Shown here in pieces: positions 16,721-25,042 of a stretch of DNA of 64,000 bases. The notes beneath the pieces are model-generated. The model saw nothing but the letters and a program-made list of their open reading frames with translations, did not search any database and had not been told where the DNA came from. The stretch's first letter is position 1; every line of letters begins with the position of its first letter. Both the position numbers and the translations under genes were made by a program. Source of the DNA: Acidobacteriota bacterium (lineage in GTDB: Bacteria; Acidobacteriota; Blastocatellia; Pyrinomonadales; Pyrinomonadaceae); the NCBI GenBank assembly GCA_046726155.1, contig JBKOZZ010000025.1, positions 8,167 to 72,166 of the forward strand. Direction: 5' to 3'.

Positions 16721-19087
16721 CTACTGATCAGAGCGAACCAAGCGAAAACCGAAAGTTGGGTGTCTCATCGTGGGGCTAAACCAATCTCTGTACGTTGCCG
16801 AGATGGGTATTAGCGGATCGTTTGGATCGCTTGCATATGACCCTCCGCGCAGCACCAGCCAGTCCCTGTTTGCGGCTGGTATCTGCCTGCCGCTGTAGAC
16901 GGACGCTTTCGACGAGGTCCACTCTGAAACGTTTCCAATGAGATCCAATACTCCCCATCGATTCTTGCCTTCGGGATAAGAACCGACTGGTCTGGGGGTA
17001 GCTCCCTTTAACACCGCGTGCCTTTCTTCAAAAGTGTCGCCCCAGGGGAAGGATTTGAACTGACCGCCATTGCGGGCTGCGAACTCCCATTCCTCTTCCG
17101 TTGGCAAGCGATAGGTGATTCCGTCTCGTTTTGAACGCCAGGCAGCAAAAGCCTCAGCGTCTTTTGCGGATACGTTTCCAACCGGCCAACGCTCCTGACC
17201 AGCCAGTGGCTTCCCCTTAATCCAGTCGCTCGGCGCCTCGTAATTCATATCGCGCACAAATGCAGCGTACTCAGCATTAGTCACCTCCGTCCGGTCCATT
17301 AAAAACTTCTGCACCGTTACGGTGTGCTCCGGCCGCTCCTGTGGTGGTCCATCGTTTCGGCCCATCTCAAATGTTCCACCTGGAATCTCGACCAAGTCCG
17401 CTTTGGGTAGCGTTTCGCTCGTGGGCGCTGGTGTGGATTTGTTTCCGTTGATGTTGGTTCCGGTCGTGGCTCGAGACCGCATCATTAAGTACGCACCGGT
17501 GCCTCCGCCAACCAGCAGAACAAACAGGACCACGGCCCCGATTATCAACATTGCACTGCTCTTCGCTTTAGGTGGAAATGAGACTACCAACGGCGAACCG
17601 GCACTATCGCGAAGGTTGGGGGCCACACCGGGAATACTGTTGTTGCCGACCGTTCCCGATCTGACGCCCTGCTGCACCTGAGTGGCCTCAGCATCGATCA
17701 CAGTAGTTTGAGGCGGAGGGATACTGGTAGCCAGGCGCGCCAGACGTTCTTCGAGTTCTTTCGCTTGACGTTCGACTCGTTCAATCTGTTCGCGCTGCTG
17801 GCGCTCGCGTTCGTCGCGTTCTTGCCTCTCCTTGAGAAACCGCTCCTCTTGTTCTTTTCGCCTCAGCTCTCTTTCTTCCTGGTCCTTGCGCTGCTCTTCA
17901 GACTGGCGCGACAGTTCTGCGCGAGATACTCGCCCTTTTTCCTCTTGTTCCCGGTCAAAAGCTGCGCGAGAGGCAGCCAGCTTCGCTTGTTCCTCAGGAC
18001 CCAGAGCAGAAGAGCTGATCGTTCCGTCCATCAAGTCGAATGACGCAGCGGTTGAGTGCTGCTGCGCACCTGTCGTTGAGGCGGGCGCGTAAATGGTTTC
18101 GTCTGGAGTAACGGGACCAGTTTGTCGTCCGGCCTGTACCGTCAAGCCACCGGCAGCTACCGCCTCTTTCAGTTCCGCGATAAAAACCTCGACCGTGGGC
18201 GTTCGCGCTGATAGTTCCTTCTCCAGCGCGTGCCGCACAACTGCCTCCAGCCGAGGCGGCACGTCGATACCGGCGGACTTGAAACTGGGCGGCGGCTGCG
18301 TGAAGTGCTTCTTCATGATTGAAGGAATCGATGAACCCTTGAAGGGAACATCGCCCGCTAGCATCTGGTAAAGAATAATTCCCAGACTGTAGATGTCGGC
18401 GCGAGCGTCGGGTTCATCGTCTGACCACTGTTCCGGCGCCATATAAAAAGGCGAGCCCATCATGCCGCTGGTCTTGGCCTGTACAAAAGAACCCAGCAAT
18501 TCCCCCGACTTGATCTTTGCCAAACCAAAATCGAGTATCTTCAATCCTTCCGCTACCGGCTGCCCGGTTTGCGTCATTATGTTCAAGGGCTTCAGATCGC
18601 GATGCACGATGTTTTGTTTGTGCGCTGCGCCCACGCCGGCGCCGATGGCGCACGCAAATTCCAACGCCCGCGCCGGCGCCATCACTCTTTCTTCGGCAAG
18701 GATGTCCTGGAGCGATCGCCCGTTAACAAACTCCATTACCAGAAAAGGCATCGTGCCTCGTACGACACCAAAGTCAGTGACGGCGATAATGTTTTGATGG
18801 CGTATGGCGGCGGCGGCGAGAGCTTCCTGGCGAAACCGGGTGACCAGCATGGGATCGTTGCCGACCAAATCCGGCAAGATCACTTTGATCGCGTGAGATG
18901 TCTTGAGAAAAATATGTCGCGCTTGAAAAACGACTCCCATTCCCCCCTGGCCCAGTCGACGCTCCAATTGATAGCGCGCATCGAGAACGGGTTCGCCCAA
19001 CAGCGATGGCGTGGTGGCATCGCCATCCTGCGGACAGTGGATTATTTCATCGGGGAAACAGCGCCTACAGGCTGGACATTCTTTCAT
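16721..19087 (-). CDS. Ser/Thr protein kinase with an N-terminal Zn-ribbon, a charged coiled coil, one TM segment and a C-terminal FGE-sulfatase (SUMF1-like) ectodomain
   Basis: Begins MKECPACRRCFPDEIIHCPQDGD. Kinase motifs are GQGGMGVVFQA, HRDLKPLN and DFG. An ER-rich segment follows. The ectodomain carries RLPTEEEWEFAARNG and LRGGSYASD. Confidence 0.85.
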   Translation of the reverse strand: MKECPACRRCFPDEIIHCPQDGDATTPSLLGEPVLDARYQLERRLGQGGMGVVFQARHIFLKTSHAIKVILPDLVGNDPMLVTRFRQEALAAAAIRHQNIIAVTDFGVVRGTMPFLVMEFVNGRSLQDILAEERVMAPARALEFACAIGAGVGAAHKQNIVHRDLKPLNIMTQTGQPVAEGLKILDFGLAKIKSGELLGSFVQAKTSGMMGSPFYMAPEQWSDDEPDARADIYSLGIILYQMLAGDVPFKGSSIPSIMKKHFTQPPPSFKSAGIDVPPRLEAVVRHALEKELSARTPTVEVFIAELKEAVAAGGLTVQAGRQTGPVTPDETIYAPASTTGAQQHSTAASFDLMDGTISSSALGPEEQAKLAASRAAFDREQEEKGRVSRAELSRQSEEQRKDQEERELRRKEQEERFLKERQERDERERQQREQIERVERQAKELEERLARLATSIPPPQTTVIDAEATQVQQGVRSGTVGNNSIPGVAPNLRDSAGSPLVVSFPPKAKSSAMLIIGAVVLFVLLVGGGTGAYLMMRSRATTGTNINGNKSTPAPTSETLPKADLVEIPGGTFEMGRNDGPPQERPEHTVTVQKFLMDRTEVTNAEYAAFVRDMNYEAPSDWIKGKPLAGQERWPVGNVSAKDAEAFAAWRSKRDGITYRLPTEEEWEFAARNGGQFKSFPWGDTFEERHAVLKGATPRPVGSYPEGKNRWGVLDLIGNVSEWTSSKASVYSGRQIPAANRDWLVLRGGSYASDPNDPLIPISATYRDWFSPTMRHPTFGFRLVRSDQ

Positions 19088-19343
19088 TTATTGAAAAGGT
19101 TGGGATCACACGCCCAGTTAAGTCGCGGCCGAAGCTAAATCTAACATAAGCCAAGTTTTGCGTCTAACCATCGATGCTGTGGTCGGCGCGTATTGCTCTC
19201 ATTAGCACGATGGCTTTAGCGTGCTGAATTTAGTGCGACAAACCGAAAACCGATTAAAGGGTTTCATTCCGAACGCGATCACTAAACGACCGGTCAAAGT
19301 CACGGTGCTAATGAGAAACGCAGTGAGGATTGACTAACCGGAG

Positions 19344-21893
19344 TTACTTGACCACCACGTTTACTAACCGCTGCGGCACAACAATAACTTTTACAACCTC
19401 ATGGCCATCAATCAAGCTGCGAATCCTCTCATCGTTGAGAGCCGCCGTGCGTAATTGTTCTTCGGTGACTTCCGGCGAAGCCAACAACCGGGAACGCAGC
19501 TTACCGTTTACCTGGATCGGAATTTCCAGTTCATCCCGGCGGGCCAGCTCTGGATCCGCCTGCGGCCAGCGCGCGGATTGCAACAGTCCGCCGGCATGGC
19601 CCAGGCTCTCCCACATCTCCTCGGCAATGTGCGGCGAGAAGGGAGCGAGCATCAGCACTAAGCTCTCAATTGCCTCACGCACAGCAAACACGTCGACCTG
19701 TGAAGCGGTATCGGGATCGGCATTAAGATCGCTGAGCTCATTGAACAACTCCATCAACGCTGCCACGATTGTGTTGAGATGCAGCCCTTCAAAGTCGCTC
19801 GTGACCTTCGCAATCGTTTGGTGAGTCTTGCGTCTTAAAGCTCTGGCGCCGGCGCTTACCTCTTCGTCCGGCATCGCTGTTCCCAGGCTGGACAACCGTT
19901 CGTGCCAACGCCAAACCATTGTGTAAAGGCGCCGCAAAAATCTGACCGCCCCTTCGATTCCAGTCTCGGACCAACGCAGTTCGTTTTCCACCGGCGCGGC
20001 AAAGAGTATGAACAAGCGCGCCGCGTCCGCACCGAAGGCGGCAATCATTTCGTCGGGATCGACACCATTGCCGAGACTCTTCGACATGGCCTTCCACTCG
20101 TCAGTTCCCTCGATACGGTTCGTCACCATTCCCTGCGTCAGCAGTTTCTTTACCGGCTCATCAAAAGAAACGAGACCGATGTCCCGCATAAACTTTGTCC
20201 AAAAGCGTGTGTAGATCAGGTGCATGACGGCATGTGAGTCGCCGCCAATGTATTGATCTACCGGAGTCCACTGCCTGGTGATCTCCGGATCAAACGGCTC
20301 TGACTCATTGCGCGGGTCGCAATAGCGGAAAAAATACCAGGACGAATCCACGAACGTATCCATAGTGTCGGTGTCGCGCTTCGCCTCGCCGCCACACTTG
20401 GGACAGGTGGTGTTCACAAAGTCCGCTACGCCCGCCAACGGAGATTCACCTGAGCCTGTAAATTCCGCCCGCTCAGGCAACATAACAGGCAGGTCTTTTT
20501 CAGCTACCGGCACCATGCCGCACTTTTCGCAGTAAATAATAGGAACCGGCGCGCCCCAAAAACGTTGGCGCGAAATGCCCCAGTCGCGAATGCGATAGGT
20601 GATAGCGGCCTCGCCAAAGTCGTGCGCCTCGGCGTTCCTGGTCATCTCGACAATCGCGTCTTTCGAGAGTTTTCCGCTCCAGTTTCCCGAGTTGACCAGG
20701 ATGCCGTAGTCAGTGAAGGCATGTGGCATCGCGATCGATTGATCCGCGCTCAGGTGGTCATGGACGATTGATTCCTGCTGATGCGAAATGCGCTCAATGA
20801 CGCGACGAATCGGCAACGAGTACTTTTGCGCGAATTCGAAATCCCGCTCGTCATGGGCCGGAACGCTCATTACCGCTCCGGTGCCGTATTCGATCAGCAC
20901 GTAGTTTGCCACCCAAACCGGAATGCTCTCGCCACTAAAAGGATTTATCGCCAGAACGCCGGTGTTGATTCCCTCCTTCGACTCTTCTTCCTCGGCAACG
21001 CCAACGCGCGCAGCTTTTTCTGACTTTACCTTGCCGGCAAATGCCATCACTTCGTTCTTCAATGGCGACGCTGCGAGCAACTCATCAATGAGCGGATGCT
21101 CGGCTGAAAGCACAATAGCGGTAGCTCCGAAGATGGTATCGATGCGCGTCGTAAACACACGAATCTTCTTGTCACTGTCCTTAACCGCGAAGTCGATATA
21201 CGCGCCTTCACTGCGACCGACCCAGTCACGCTGTCGCTTGAGCACTTTCTCCGGCCAACTATCTTCGATTTCACTGATGTGCTCGACGAGCTGTTCCGCG
21301 TATTCAGTTATGCGGAGAAACCACTGTTCAAGATCTCGCTTCTCCACCTTCGCGCCGCAACGCCAACAGACGCCCCCTGAAGATTGTTCGTTTGAGAGTA
21401 CGGTCCCCTCTTTTGGACACCAATTAACCGGCGACTTTTTTTTGTAAGCGAGGCCGCGCTCATACATTTTCAGGAAGAACCACTGATCCCATTTGTAGTA
21501 ATCCGAACGATGGGCCGCAATTTCGCGCGACCAGTCGTAGCCGATCCCGAGCCGCTTCAGCTGGCCGCGCATGTGCGCAATGTTGTCTTCCGTCCAATCG
21601 CGCGGATTAACCCCACGCTTTATAGCCGCCTGCTCGGCGGGCTGGCCAAAGCTGTCCCAGCCGATCGGGTGGAGCACGTTGAACCCACGAAGACGCTTAT
21701 ACCAGGCAAGCGCATCGCCGAGGGAGTAGTTGCGCACGTGGCCCATGTGCAGAAAACCCGATGGGTAAGGCAGCATTTCGAGGCAATAAAACTTCGGACG
21801 AGGATCGTCTTCAGTAACCTGGAAAGCTTTGGTCTGTTCCCAATGTTGCTGCCACTTGTTTTCTATATTTTCCGGGAAATATTTTTCATCCAT
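19344..21893 (-). CDS. leuS: Leucyl-tRNA synthetase
   Basis: Carries the HMGH motif (FLHMGHVRNY) and a KMSKS-type loop (AMSKSLGNG). At 849 aa it has typical LeuS length and N-terminus. Confidence 0.95.
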   Translation of the reverse strand: MDEKYFPENIENKWQQHWEQTKAFQVTEDDPRPKFYCLEMLPYPSGFLHMGHVRNYSLGDALAWYKRLRGFNVLHPIGWDSFGQPAEQAAIKRGVNPRDWTEDNIAHMRGQLKRLGIGYDWSREIAAHRSDYYKWDQWFFLKMYERGLAYKKKSPVNWCPKEGTVLSNEQSSGGVCWRCGAKVEKRDLEQWFLRITEYAEQLVEHISEIEDSWPEKVLKRQRDWVGRSEGAYIDFAVKDSDKKIRVFTTRIDTIFGATAIVLSAEHPLIDELLAASPLKNEVMAFAGKVKSEKAARVGVAEEEESKEGINTGVLAINPFSGESIPVWVANYVLIEYGTGAVMSVPAHDERDFEFAQKYSLPIRRVIERISHQQESIVHDHLSADQSIAMPHAFTDYGILVNSGNWSGKLSKDAIVEMTRNAEAHDFGEAAITYRIRDWGISRQRFWGAPVPIIYCEKCGMVPVAEKDLPVMLPERAEFTGSGESPLAGVADFVNTTCPKCGGEAKRDTDTMDTFVDSSWYFFRYCDPRNESEPFDPEITRQWTPVDQYIGGDSHAVMHLIYTRFWTKFMRDIGLVSFDEPVKKLLTQGMVTNRIEGTDEWKAMSKSLGNGVDPDEMIAAFGADAARLFILFAAPVENELRWSETGIEGAVRFLRRLYTMVWRWHERLSSLGTAMPDEEVSAGARALRRKTHQTIAKVTSDFEGLHLNTIVAALMELFNELSDLNADPDTASQVDVFAVREAIESLVLMLAPFSPHIAEEMWESLGHAGGLLQSARWPQADPELARRDELEIPIQVNGKLRSRLLASPEVTEEQLRTAALNDERIRSLIDGHEVVKVIVVPQRLVNVVVK

Positions 21894-22164
21894 GATTGTT
21901 TTTCCTGAAGGTGTCTACACTTAACATGAATTATTCGTAACGCAAACTGTGGTTTGCGCTCGCGCGCGCCAGTTGGCGTAGGCAATCTATGTTTTGAGTA
22001 GGAGTTCGCCGCTTCGCGAGAGACCGCGCTTAGAAAGCACGCCGCAGAAGCGGCACCGTTAGGAGGAGTTTGGAGACTGGTTGAAAACTCTTCATCATTC
22101 TATTGGTTCCAGGCAATATCCTAACGCAGCATTTCAGTATTTGTCTAACCTGTCGCTTCCAGGC

Positions 22165-22394
22165 ACTGATGCAGTTTGAACGATGCGCACTTAGCGACAT
22201 GCGGTGCGATGAGGTCAGTACCACCAGGCGGTAGCCGGTGGGTCACCGTCGCCACCAGCGCTTAACCCAACGCTTCGGTGGTTTCCATATTAGATTCATT
22301 CGGTGCGATGACCCACCCGATACCGCGTGGTAGTACTGATGACCTCATGGGACCGAAACTTTCGCACTGGCGGTAGTATTCAAACTGCATCAGT
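22165..22394. repeat. 230-bp nested inverted-repeat element. The outer repeat is 16 bp and perfect, the inner repeat ~40 bp and imperfect, and the right outer arm overlaps the nfo stop codon
   Basis: The outer arms are ACTGATGCAGTTTGAA at 22165-22180 and TTCAAACTGCATCAGT at 22379-22394. The inner arms are atgaggtcagtaccaccaggcggtagccggtgggtcaccg and cgatgacccacccgataccgcgtggtagtactgatgacctcat. Confidence 0.55.
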
Positions 22395-23240
22395 ACTCTC
22401 TACAAATGAGCGAAGCATTTCAAGGTTCTTTAGATCAGCTCGCGGATCGTCGTAGGGTGTTTCGAGGATAAAGGCGGCGTGAGCGAGTTTAGGATGTTGA
22501 GCGAGGCGTCGCAGGGCATTGCCACCAATGTGGCCTTGGCCAATGTGCCAATGGCGATCGACGCGCGAGTTGTAGGCAGCGCGAGAATCGTTGAAGTGGA
22601 TGGCGCGGACATTTCTGGTTCCTACCGTGCCCTTGAGTTTATCGATTAGGGCTTCGAGGCCGTCTTCCTCACGAATGTCGTAACCGGCGGTGAATGCATG
22701 CGCGGTGTCGAAGCAAACGCCCAGAGGGATCTTTGGACAGCTATTCATGATCTCGCGCAGATGCTCAAAGCGATGACCAATACACTCGCCCTGTCCCGCT
22801 GTGTTCTCCAGCAGGATTCGCAGCTTGCCCAGATTCAACTGGCGACAAGCGACCTTGATACTCTCGCTGCACGTACGAATTCCGTCAGCCTCACAAGCCC
22901 CGCGCGCGCTGCCCGGATGCACTACGAGATAGTCGACACCAAGCAGGAGCGCTCGCTCAATTTCTTCGCGAAAAGAAGCACGCGACTTTTGCAGTAGGAG
23001 ACTATCGAAGGCGGCGAGATTGACCAGATAGTTGCAGTGGATGACAACGGGCTTGAGTTTAGTTTGCCGCCGTATTCTTTTGAATTGCGCTATATCAGTA
23101 AGCGAAAGCGGTTTGGCTGCCCAGCCTCGCGGATTGCGCGAAAAAATTTGCACTGTGTCACAACCAGTCTCTTTGGCGATGACGAGCGCCTGGTGGAGGC
23201 CGCCTTTGATCGGCGCGTGGAAACCAATTCGAGGTCTCAA
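22380..23240 (-). CDS. nfo: Endonuclease IV (AP endonuclease family 2, TIM barrel)
   Basis: Shows the pattern IGFHAP...VQIFSRNPRGW...VVHPGS...ENTAGQG...CFDTAHAF...IHFNDS..., typical of Nfo. Confidence 0.85.
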   Translation of the reverse strand: MRPRIGFHAPIKGGLHQALVIAKETGCDTVQIFSRNPRGWAAKPLSLTDIAQFKRIRRQTKLKPVVIHCNYLVNLAAFDSLLLQKSRASFREEIERALLLGVDYLVVHPGSARGACEADGIRTCSESIKVACRQLNLGKLRILLENTAGQGECIGHRFEHLREIMNSCPKIPLGVCFDTAHAFTAGYDIREEDGLEALIDKLKGTVGTRNVRAIHFNDSRAAYNSRVDRHWHIGQGHIGGNALRRLAQHPKLAHAAFILETPYDDPRADLKNLEMLRSFVESTDAV

Positions 23241-24613
23241 TGGCCCAATCCTTCATTGACTTCCATGACACGCAGCATATTGCCACCGAGAATCTTGTCG
23301 ATGTCGCTTTCCGAGTAGCCGCGTCGCAGCAACTCGCCCGTTAGGTTAGCCAATTGGGAAACGTCAGCGAGGTCACTTAGAGTCGACTGTACACCGTCAA
23401 AGTCTGTTCCGATTCCCACGTGATCGATGCCAACCAGTTTCACAACGTGATCGATGTGATCGACCAGCCGCGAAACAGTTACGGGCGGCAACTGCTTAGC
23501 ATACTCTTCGCGTCGCACATGATCGCGTGCCAGTTTTTTGTGCGCAGCGTCGCCCTTTTCCTCTTCGGAAGCGCGCTGCACCTCAGAAGCGATCGCTGCG
23601 TCAACTTTATTCTTCTTTTCGCTCCAGCCCGGCTCGAGATGTTCAGGGTAGAAAATAACGTTCACGACGCCGCCCGTCTTCGCTAACGCGCGAATCATAT
23701 CGTCTGTAAGATTCCTGCGAACATTGGCAATCGCGCGGCAACCGGAATGCGTCGCGATTACCGGCCTGGTCGAGGTGTTTACGATGTCCCAGAACGTCGG
23801 GTCGGAAACGTGCGAAACATCGACCATCATGCCGAGCCGGTTCATCTCACGAATCACCGCTTTGCCGAAATCATTCAAGCCTCGTGTGCGGCCAATTTCA
23901 TCCCCAGAAGAGCCGGCCCAGCTGGTGCTGACATTCCATGCCGGCGACATGTAACGCACGCCCATTTTGTAGTAACGCTCGACGTTTTCGATCTTCTCGT
24001 CAATCGCATAACCTCCCTCGAGACCGGTTAACGCTGCCAGTTTTTCTTCCGCAGCAACGCGACGTATATCAGCGGCAGTCGTCGCGAGTTGCCAGGTTTC
24101 CGGATGTTTTTCGGCGAGCGCCTTCACGGCAGCAATCTGATCGTCCGCACGTTTGACCGCCCGCGGTCCGCCTCCGCCAAAAAGTTCCGGTTCGACCCAA
24201 ATAGAAAAAAATTGGGCGTCGAGTCCACCCTCGCGCGCCCGAACTGAATCGAAATGGCCGTCAGGTAGCCGCTGGGCCAGATCCACCTGTTCGTCCAAAA
24301 GGCGCTGCGGAGTATCAGCGTGCATGTCAATGGCAATCGCTCGTCGATGAATTGCGATTGCGTCGTTGTCTTGGTTCACTTGCTGGCTTGCGGGTGGGTG
24401 TGATTCGGTTTTTTCAGTCATGCGACAATCGGTAAAGAGAATTGAAAGCAGAATCAGGACTAGTACAATTAGGCAACGAATTAGCCGCCTATTCAGGCTT
24501 TGAACCGGAACGCAGGGAATATCCCTTATGGTCACCGGAAAGCATGGATGATTAACAGTCTTTGCTATTTGCAACAGCATTTTGATGGTACTTTGCCAAA
24601 CCCCTTGAATCAA
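23237..24613 (-). CDS. Membrane dipeptidase (peptidase M19); the N-terminal start is uncertain
   Basis: Contains IDMHADTP, DAQFFSIW, MVDVSHVSD and GIGTDFDG, which are M19 hallmarks. Its stop overlaps the nfo start in an ATGA. The first ~60 aa may be over-extended. Confidence 0.8.
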   Translation of the reverse strand: MIQGVWQSTIKMLLQIAKTVNHPCFPVTIRDIPCVPVQSLNRRLIRCLIVLVLILLSILFTDCRMTEKTESHPPASQQVNQDNDAIAIHRRAIAIDMHADTPQRLLDEQVDLAQRLPDGHFDSVRAREGGLDAQFFSIWVEPELFGGGGPRAVKRADDQIAAVKALAEKHPETWQLATTAADIRRVAAEEKLAALTGLEGGYAIDEKIENVERYYKMGVRYMSPAWNVSTSWAGSSGDEIGRTRGLNDFGKAVIREMNRLGMMVDVSHVSDPTFWDIVNTSTRPVIATHSGCRAIANVRRNLTDDMIRALAKTGGVVNVIFYPEHLEPGWSEKKNKVDAAIASEVQRASEEEKGDAAHKKLARDHVRREEYAKQLPPVTVSRLVDHIDHVVKLVGIDHVGIGTDFDGVQSTLSDLADVSQLANLTGELLRRGYSESDIDKILGGNMLRVMEVNEGLGH

Positions 24614-24809
24614 GCACGTCTTGCCAAAGGTGTGATGTCTCAGCTTTTGTAGCGCAAACGGTTAGTTGCCGCGCTCGGCTATGACAGTCGTAAAGACAAA
24701 GGTTAGCTTGCCCCCAAAAGCGGAACCGCAAACTAATAGTTTGCGTTACCTGCCTTGCCAATCAAAGTAGACTTACTGTATCGTGCCATGTTCCCGAGAG
24801 CCCATAAAT

Positions 24810-24907
24810 CGTGCTGCATCAGTTTCGTTGAAAGTGTCCGATAAACTTTAGTTTGTCGTGACTCGGCGACAAGCTAAAGCTTATCGGACATCAAACTGAC
24901 CTATTAC
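24810..24907. mobile_element. MITE-like element, family A copy 2 (98 bp, uninterrupted), flanked by a 9-bp direct repeat
   Basis: The direct repeat CCCATAAAT lies at 24801-24809 and 24908-24916. The reverse complement aligns with 5893-6054: gtaataggtcagtttgatgtccgataagctttagcttgtcg...tttatcggacactttcaacgaaactg. Confidence 0.6.
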
Positions 24908-25042
24908 CCCATAAATGCGTTCTTTCTGAAATGAGAAAGACTCCTGTAGAATGACCTCTTAATAGTTTCTGCAGACGATTGGAGGTTTGAGTTTCCTCGC
25001 GGTCCGTTTTCCGAAATTGAGTTCCGGAAGGAGTAGAACAGT

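Noticed and set aside
16545-16727. Track ORFs translating to ...TGTAGVSPA... here, and also at 53570..53797 and 53819..54169
   Set aside because: The shared peptide comes from reading through the family B GC-rich repeat arms. These ORFs are repeat-derived artefacts, not a protein family.
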